This document shows, piece by piece, positions 57,684 through 64,000 of a stretch of DNA of 64,000 bases (its first letter is position 1; the number at the start of each line of letters is the position of its first letter). Position numbers and translations under genes: made by a program. The notes under the pieces are model-generated. The model was not told where the DNA came from and searched no databases. It saw only the letters and a list, made by a program, of their open reading frames with translations. Origin of the DNA: an uncultured bacterium (GTDB lineage: Bacteria > Babelota > Babeliae > Babelales > Vermiphilaceae); the NCBI GenBank assembly GCA_963713925.1, contig OY970212.1:288001-352000 (forward strand), read 5' to 3'.

Positions 57684-58935
57684 AATGAGCAACGAGCTCT
57701 GCTTGTGGTATTAATTCTTGAGCTCCGGTGACCATATTTTTGACCATAACAGTGCGAGAGTTTTGTTCATCTGCTCCGAGCAATAAAACATGGGATGCCG
57801 CACGTTTGTTGGCTTTTTTGAGCCTGCTTTTAACCGAGCCATCAAATAAAATATCAACCGCGATATTGTTCGCGCGCAATTCATCGGCAAGCAAGAGCGC
57901 CAACGTTTCTTGTTGTTTGTCAAAAGGAATAATGCAGCGAGATGCAGGTGCAGCTGGAAGTGGCAAGCGATCTTTAATTGATTCAAGCATGAGTAAAATG
58001 CGTTCAATACCAATGCCCGCACCAATTGATGGTTGATCTTCGCGTGCACCCAATTGCTTGACGAGCTGATCATACCGTCCGCCGCCGCAGAAAGTGCTTT
58101 GTGCGCCCAATTGACCGCTCACAAATTCAAAGACCGTTTTGCTGTAATAATCAAGACCGCGCACAAGCCGCGGTTCGATGATGTATGTCACTGAAAGGAG
58201 ATCGAGTTGCTGTTGCAATTCAGTCCATTCAGCCGAGCAGGGTGCGCATAATGAATCAATTATTTTAGGCGCTTGGGCGTATATTTTTTGGCACGATTCC
58301 TGTTTGCAGTCAAAGATGCGCATGATATTTTTTTCAACGCGAATGGTGCAGAGGTCGCAGATTTCGGTTTTATGTTTTAGAGTGACCCAGTCGTATAATT
58401 TTTTCTTATAGGCGGCACGATCTTCAGCACATCCTAAGAAATTGAGTGTCAGCGCATAATCAACCAGCTTTAAATGTTCATGAAACATACGGTCAAGCAT
58501 GACCAAAAGTTCAGCATCAGCACTGAGCGATTGAGCTCCGATGATTTCAAGACTCACTTGGTGAAATTGGCGGTAGCGCCCTTTTTGTGGCCGCTCATAG
58601 CGAAACATCGGCCCCCACGTGAACACCTTCCATGGGGTTTGCTCAACGTTGTTTTCAATAAAGGCACGCACCATTGAAGCCGTTGCTTCCGGACGCAAAC
58701 ACATTGAATCTTCAGGATTTTCGTTTTCTTGATGCGATTTGATGAGAAACATTTCTTTGCTGACCACATCAGTATGCTCACCAATTGAGCGAACAAAAAG
58801 AGAAGTATGCTCAATCAAGGGAGTGGCAATTTCAGTGTATTCATAGTTTTTGCACTGATTTTTGACGACATCAATCAAATAGTTAAAAAGGGAAAGATCG
58901 AGAAAATCTTGTGTGCCTTTGACACGGGTAATCAT
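57673..58935 (-). CDS. hisS: Histidine--tRNA ligase
   Basis: KGTQD, LRPEATA, FRYERPQKGRYRQFHQ, LVRGLDYY, GGGRYD, GIER. Confidence 0.97.
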   Translation of the reverse strand: MITRVKGTQDFLDLSLFNYLIDVVKNQCKNYEYTEIATPLIEHTSLFVRSIGEHTDVVSKEMFLIKSHQENENPEDSMCLRPEATASMVRAFIENNVEQTPWKVFTWGPMFRYERPQKGRYRQFHQVSLEIIGAQSLSADAELLVMLDRMFHEHLKLVDYALTLNFLGCAEDRAAYKKKLYDWVTLKHKTEICDLCTIRVEKNIMRIFDCKQESCQKIYAQAPKIIDSLCAPCSAEWTELQQQLDLLSVTYIIEPRLVRGLDYYSKTVFEFVSGQLGAQSTFCGGGRYDQLVKQLGAREDQPSIGAGIGIERILLMLESIKDRLPLPAAPASRCIIPFDKQQETLALLLADELRANNIAVDILFDGSVKSRLKKANKRAASHVLLLGADEQNSRTVMVKNMVTGAQELIPQAELVAHFKR

Positions 58936-59037
58936 AAAGACTCTTTTTTATATGACTGGAAAATATAATTTCCAGCCCATACTAAGGTTTTAATTCATCA
59001 TAATCATCTTAGCGAGAAATAGAAAAAGAGTAAGAAA

Positions 59038-59475
59038 TTATTTTCGTTTCTCCAATTTCCATTCATCAAATCTATCTGAAAGTAAAGAGCTGATATAGAA
59101 AGGAACGAAAAAAACTACTACTCCGCAGACAAAAACGCACGTTGCCGTATCATCGGCAGCTCGTTCTACGGTTTTTCCGAAACTATTATCCGTGAGACGC
59201 TTCATTTCTTGGTTATTGGCTGTAAGAGTTTTTTCCAAATTTTCGAGTTTTTTATGTAATTCATCACTTGTTTTTTGGCCTTCCATAGAAGACATTTGAG
59301 AAACTTTTTTACTTTCAGTTTCTATAAACCGTTTTTGAGTATTTTGGGCCCATTGCGCCGCGTACTTTGTTCCTGAGCGATTCATAGTGTGGCGCATAAG
59401 CATAGCATGCGATGAATTGGCTATTGTGAATCCGGAAAGAATGAGCACAAGGCTCATAAGGTTGTTGATCTTCAT
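59038..59475 (-). CDS. Secreted protein, tandem paralog 2 (presequence-like segment, coiled coil, TM)
   Basis: First ~50 aa nearly identical to those of 59543-59965. Confidence 0.72.
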   Translation of the reverse strand: MKINNLMSLVLILSGFTIANSSHAMLMRHTMNRSGTKYAAQWAQNTQKRFIETESKKVSQMSSMEGQKTSDELHKKLENLEKTLTANNQEMKRLTDNSFGKTVERAADDTATCVFVCGVVVFFVPFYISSLLSDRFDEWKLEKRK

Positions 59476-59499
59476 AATTTGTCCTTTTAGCAAGACATT

Positions 59500-59531
59500 A
59501 AAGAAAGGAGCGCATAAAGCTCCTTTCTTTT
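59500..59531 (-). terminator. Rho-independent terminator
   Basis: AAAGAAAGGAGC..GCTCCTTTCTTT. Confidence 0.65.
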
Positions 59532-59542
59532 GATTTATTTTT

Positions 59543-59965
59543 TTACTTAATCCAATCGAATTTAACAGCGGCTATTCCAACGCCACCGACGATCACTAAG
59601 CCCCCCGCGTAGCCTATCATGTAACTTTTCACCAGCCGTTCAGCATCAGATTTAGTCTTTTCAAAGGAGTCAACTTTCTTGAGTAAGGATTCCATATTTG
59701 TGTTACTTTTTTTCAACTCATTAGCTATGTTGTCTAAAGATGTCGCCATCCTTTCAGCATCATTAGAGTAGATAAATCTGGAGTCCATTTTGCCTTCCGC
59801 ATCGCGAGCGTATCTAAATCGCTTTTGAGTCTTTTGAGCTAATTGAGCAACATACTTTGTTCCCGAGCGATTTATAGTGTGGCGCATAAGCATAGCATGC
59901 GCTGAATTGGCCATCGTGAATCCGGAAATAATGAGTGCAAGGCTCATAAGGTTATTGATCTTCAT
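59543..59965 (-). CDS. Secreted protein, tandem paralog 1 (presequence-like segment, coiled coil, TM)
   Basis: AAAGGA RBS; signal peptide ending AHA; C-terminal TM. Confidence 0.72.
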   Translation of the reverse strand: MKINNLMSLALIISGFTMANSAHAMLMRHTINRSGTKYVAQLAQKTQKRFRYARDAEGKMDSRFIYSNDAERMATSLDNIANELKKSNTNMESLLKKVDSFEKTKSDAERLVKSYMIGYAGGLVIVGGVGIAAVKFDWIK

Positions 59966-60179
59966 AATATTCCTTTCGTTATGTTGATAAAATCGTCGAA
60001 ACTCTAACATTTTAAAAATGAGTTGTCATCTGCTCTTGCAGCGCTCAGCTTGGCTTGGATTAGTGTTGACTTAAAGAAAACAAAACTGTTAGAGCTACAA
60101 GTACAGTGTTTCAGATAAAAAATCCAAACATGGGCCCCAAGCAAACAACGTGCCGCTTGGGTATTATTAGGAGAAAAAC

Positions 60180-61814
60180 ATGAAAAAATTATTAAGACGG
60201 TTGCTGGTGGCTGCACTTTTAGCCGTTTGCGGCATAGCGCAAGCCGGAAATTTTGCAACGGCACTTGGCAAGTGTGTGCCATTCAATCCTGATTGTGGGT
60301 GTGAGTGTGCGGCAACAAATAAAACTTTTTTTACCGTGCGCCCGCCGTATCAACTCAACTCTCCGGAATTTATAGCAAATTTTCACAGTGACAGGCTAGA
60401 GGCCGCAGGCAAGCCATGCCGCAATGGGACAGTGCAAGTGACCCTTTTTGGTGGACAGTCAACCAAAAAGAGTAATCTTGGACGTTATTTTGGTTTTGAT
60501 TGCAGTGAGCGTTTGTATATTAATGAATCAACGACTGCAAGCAATACCGACATATTGGCAGAACAATTGAATATTTACACGGTTGGAGGAGTGACTCCGG
60601 CGACATTGGTGCCGCCGTTTTCAAGCACGATCGATCTTGAGCCGAGCTATAGTTTTGGAGGGATTGGAATCACGTGGATGCAAGAGTTTGCGCAACGCGA
60701 AGACGGGCGCTCTTGGTGGGTTCTTGTTTCTACACCGCTTACCATTGTGTCAACTACAATGAATTTGTCAGAATGCATCACGCAAAATGGTGGAGGAGTG
60801 TCTCCGGAGACGCCAAATGCAGTTGCAAATGCGACTGAAGCATTTGCGCAATCAAGCTGGCGTTTTGGGCGCATTCAACAATGCACAAAAACAAAAACCG
60901 GACTTGGCGATGTGACGTTGCTTCTCGGATATGAAATTGTTCGACATGAAGCTGTGGGAGCTGACGGATATCTTGGTATTTTGATTCCCGCCGGAAACAA
61001 AGTGCGCGGTCGCCGTATCTTTGAACCGGTTGTCGGACATAACCATCACACCGGTTTGATTTTAGGTGGTTCGGCAGACATTTTGATGTGGGAATGTGAC
61101 AATAGCAGCCTTACATTGGTGCTTGATGGCCATAGCCAATATATGCTCGAAAACTGCGAAGTGCGTTCCTTTGATTTAAAAAACAAGCCATGGTCTCGCT
61201 ATATGCAGGTGTATGCAAATCAAGCGCAAGCGCAAGAGGCGTATGATCTGAGTTTGATAGTGCCCACGAACTTTGGGAGCTTAACTCTTGGCGAGCCGGG
61301 CATTAACATTTTCACGCAACCGCTGCGTGTGCACCCCGGGCTTATTTATGTAGACAACACCGCATTCGTTTATACGTGCAATTGCTGGCAAGCTGAGGTC
61401 GGCTACAACTTTTATGCGCGTCAACAAGAATGTGTTGAGTTAGCTCGCCCATGGCAGACTGGCGCAGCATTAAAATCGTTGTTGGGCGGTGGAGCAACTG
61501 ACGGAGTGCAGATTATTGGCAACGTGTTTAACAATAATAACGAAGTTCCCTTTATTAGTTTCCCAGCAGGACCTGCACCAATCCCGGGCGTTATTAATTA
61601 TGACACCAACCTCATTAAATCGGGCGATCTCGATTTAAATTCAGCAGCTCATCCGGGCATTATCAGTAACACATTCTATGGTTCAATTGCGCATAACAGA
61701 ACGGCGTGTGATCATCCGCATTGGTTTGCGCTTGGCGGCTCCTATGAATGGGCGACAACCAATACCGTTATGAATCGTTGGACTGTGTGGCTTAAGGGTG
61801 GAGTATCTTTCTAA
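60180..61814 (+). CDS. Cys-rich putative outer-membrane beta-barrel protein
   Basis: AGGAG RBS, signal peptide, alternating beta-strand pattern, C-terminal WLKGGVSF beta-signal. Confidence 0.65.
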   Translation: MKKLLRRLLVAALLAVCGIAQAGNFATALGKCVPFNPDCGCECAATNKTFFTVRPPYQLNSPEFIANFHSDRLEAAGKPCRNGTVQVTLFGGQSTKKSNLGRYFGFDCSERLYINESTTASNTDILAEQLNIYTVGGVTPATLVPPFSSTIDLEPSYSFGGIGITWMQEFAQREDGRSWWVLVSTPLTIVSTTMNLSECITQNGGGVSPETPNAVANATEAFAQSSWRFGRIQQCTKTKTGLGDVTLLLGYEIVRHEAVGADGYLGILIPAGNKVRGRRIFEPVVGHNHHTGLILGGSADILMWECDNSSLTLVLDGHSQYMLENCEVRSFDLKNKPWSRYMQVYANQAQAQEAYDLSLIVPTNFGSLTLGEPGINIFTQPLRVHPGLIYVDNTAFVYTCNCWQAEVGYNFYARQQECVELARPWQTGAALKSLLGGGATDGVQIIGNVFNNNNEVPFISFPAGPAPIPGVINYDTNLIKSGDLDLNSAAHPGIISNTFYGSIAHNRTACDHPHWFALGGSYEWATTNTVMNRWTVWLKGGVSF

Positions 61815-61872
61815 CCCCAAGCTCCGTTTCCTCGAAGAGTACACGACGAAGTTGCTCTTCGCTTGGGGACCC
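61815..61872. repeat. Family A repeat with nested insert
   Basis: CCCCAAGC...GCTTGGGGACCC; related copies at 30939, 33623, 44600, 48430, 63515 and 63544. Confidence 0.6.
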
Positions 61873-61901
61873 CGGAATAACAAATTAGGAATAAGGAATT
61901 T

Positions 61902-62882
61902 ATGAAATTAAAAATAATGGCGATATCAATAATTTTGCTCTTCTGCGCGCATGCGAGCGGAAGTTCTGCAGCAATTGCTCAAACTCGTTCACAAGCGAAC
62001 GCGCTTGCGGGCCAAATAGAAAAATTGATAAAAGAAGATGCAATTGGAAATGCTGATGAAATCAACGCATTGGAAAAGCAACTGCAGGGCAATATTGATT
62101 CTTTGAAACAGTTAGGTCAGCAAAAAATAGCCGGTGAACTTTCGTTACGCCTGGCTCAGATTCAGAACAATAAAAAGGAGCTTCCCGGTCAAGACGATGC
62201 GCTTAAAAGAGCACTTGATGAAAATAAGCAATTGATTGAAACACTTCGAAAGGAGTTCGCTGAAGAACAAAAACAATTTCACGAGTGTAGATCTCTTCGT
62301 GAGAAGCAAAATGAAGACATTAAAAAGAAAGATGCGGAAATTGCTGCATTAAAAGAAGATCTTAAAAAAATGCCGACGGCAACATCAGGTGCGGCACAAT
62401 CGACTACTGAGCATGAGCTTGCTCAAGCGAATGAGAAAATCAAAGAACTTCAAAAGCAAGTGATGGAAAAAATAGACCTGCAAGCCGAACTCGATCAATT
62501 AAGAGCGCAATCGCAAGCAGACGTAGGCGCTACAATCAAAGAACGACTCAAGCTGGCGGAAACAAGAGCTAATGATGCCGAAAAAAGTGAGGCCGTGGCT
62601 AAACAAGAAATAACCCGTTTGCAATCAAATATGGCTGATCAAAATGCTGAGCTGGGTCAATTGAGAGAAGCGGTCGGCAAACGACGAAGCGACATGGTAA
62701 AAAAGTTGAAAGAATATGATGCAACGCTCAAAGAATATGATGATTTGATAAAAAAATACAATACCGAGCAAAAGCCCAAAATAAAAACCGCGTTCGAAGC
62801 AATCGCAAAAATAAATAAGCAAGAAGATCGAGAGGATGCCGTCGAGCAATTTTTATCTGAATTCCTCCCCGATTTGAAATAG
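61902..62882 (+). CDS. Secreted long coiled-coil protein
   Basis: Signal peptide; continuous heptads. Confidence 0.75.
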   Translation: MKLKIMAISIILLFCAHASGSSAAIAQTRSQANALAGQIEKLIKEDAIGNADEINALEKQLQGNIDSLKQLGQQKIAGELSLRLAQIQNNKKELPGQDDALKRALDENKQLIETLRKEFAEEQKQFHECRSLREKQNEDIKKKDAEIAALKEDLKKMPTATSGAAQSTTEHELAQANEKIKELQKQVMEKIDLQAELDQLRAQSQADVGATIKERLKLAETRANDAEKSEAVAKQEITRLQSNMADQNAELGQLREAVGKRRSDMVKKLKEYDATLKEYDDLIKKYNTEQKPKIKTAFEAIAKINKQEDREDAVEQFLSEFLPDLK

Positions 62883-62908
62883 AGCGCTTTATTGAAAGGA
62901 TTTAAAAA

Positions 62909-63418
62909 ATGCAAAAGATATTACTACTGTTCTGTTTGCTTGGGACTATGAATGTGTATTCAGGTCTTTTTCAAGGAATGCGAGACAAACTCGGCGAATT
63001 AAGAGAATCGTTAGCTAGCTTTCGAACAGAACTAGAGAGCGCCGAATTGCCGAAACCTACTTCAAAAAATGAACCGGCAAGTCAACTGCAAGACAATCGC
63101 GTCGCTCAGCTTGAAAAAGAGCTTGATACCATGAAAAATATTAACAAAGATCTCCTTTCAAAGTTTCCAAAGCCGGGGCAAGAAGATCCTTTGGCTAAGA
63201 AAGTAACTGAGCTGAATAATGAAATTGACAAGCTCACAAAACAGATTGCAAAAGGAGAAGATAAAAATGAAAGAGCGACAAAACTGGTCAATGAATATAC
63301 GAAGGTGATGCAGCGACAACAAGACGAACTGGAAGAAAAAAATAAGGAAATAAGATCCTGCAAAGCGCGGCTTTTGAAAGCAGAAGCAACACTAAATCCT
63401 CCGATAAAATCAAAATAA
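62909..63418 (+). CDS. Secreted coiled-coil protein
   Basis: Signal peptide; heptads. Confidence 0.7.
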   Translation: MQKILLLFCLLGTMNVYSGLFQGMRDKLGELRESLASFRTELESAELPKPTSKNEPASQLQDNRVAQLEKELDTMKNINKDLLSKFPKPGQEDPLAKKVTELNNEIDKLTKQIAKGEDKNERATKLVNEYTKVMQRQQDELEEKNKEIRSCKARLLKAEATLNPPIKSK

Positions 63419-63470
63419 TCATCATCCTATCAAAAAGATTAAAATTCTATATACTCTCGACTTATTGAAC

Positions 63471-63500
63471 CCTGAGTGTGATTTATTGATCACACTCAGG
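63471..63500 (+). terminator. Hairpin terminator
   Basis: CCTGAGTGTGAT..ATCACACTCAGG followed by a T-rich tract. Confidence 0.6.
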
Positions 63501-63586
63501 ATCCTTTTGATTTTGGGTCCCATGCCTTAGCATGGGCAAAATTGGCCCCGCACCGCAGTGCGGGTAAAGTAGTTTGGAGCAGTATT

Positions 63587-64000
63587 GTGTCTTTTTTAAA
63601 GAAGCTTTTCCTCGGGCTTTTGGTTTTTAATGCCGCAGCCTTTGAGTTTGATGAAATAAATTTTGATAATTTCGATCAAGCAGTTGAACCGGATATTTTT
63701 GCAACGGCAACGCGTGCGAAATTCACCCCGGCTGATATCATTGCTCTGTTGGAACAATTTGGCGCGATTGATTTGCTCAAAGAAGATTTTTTTCTAAGAT
63801 CAAGTCCTTTAAATAGAAGAAGTCTTCTTGATTATCCATTATTTATGTTTCCCTGGGATAAGCAGGGCTGTACCACGCATGGCTATCAGATCTTTTATAA
63901 TCAAACATCGGCAATGGTTTTTTCTGGTAATTGCACCAAAATCAGTTCTTATTTAGCGATTTTTCAAGGAGGTTTTGCTGAAAAATTGCAAGAAATTTTA
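63587..64000 (+). CDS. Secreted hypothetical protein, runs off the window
   Basis: GGAG RBS, GTG start; manual translation MSFLKKLFLGLLVFNAAAFEFDEINF...LRSSPLNRRSLLDYP, open to the window end. Confidence 0.6.
   Translation, partial: MSFLKKLFLGLLVFNAAAFEFDEINFDNFDQAVEPDIFATATRAKFTPADIIALLEQFGAIDLLKEDFFLRSSPLNRRSLLDYPLFMFPWDKQGCTTHGYQIFYNQTSAMVFSGNCTKISSYLAIFQGGFAEKLQEIL

Overview
A low-GC bacterial genomic window that looks like an obligate intracellular parasite of protists, most likely Candidatus Dependentiae/Babelota (TM6). This is an inference from the many lineage-specific signal-peptide proteins, a Skp1-like/WD40 protein, archaeal-type ValRS, a split ATP synthase operon and Cys-rich barrel-like proteins. 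Contents: (1) at 1-14 kb, a stress/repair island with a secreted macrodomain, an atypical frameshifted RNase HII, a DUF3175-MBL hydrolase fusion, a P-type ATPase, ThpR, separate LigD ligase and phosphoesterase genes, a WD40 protein, a Zn-dehydrogenase and Ku; the last two are bracketed by inverted ~420-450 bp structured repeats; (2) a partial atp operon with a Na+-type c subunit; (3) pgi-zwf-gnd; (4) housekeeping genes pth, skp, FKBP, ogt, tag, ybeY, valS, pgeF, a DEAD-box helicase, ung and hisS; (5) many secreted hypothetical proteins, some with apparent eukaryotic targeting signals (CaaX boxes, mitochondrial-presequence-like segments, tail anchors, a shared C-terminal tag); (6) at least five families of short palindromic repeats that nest inside each other and insert in-frame into housekeeping enzymes. 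No rRNA, tRNA, CRISPR array or transposase was seen. Start codons were trimmed by eye and all family calls are from motif recognition, not database searches.
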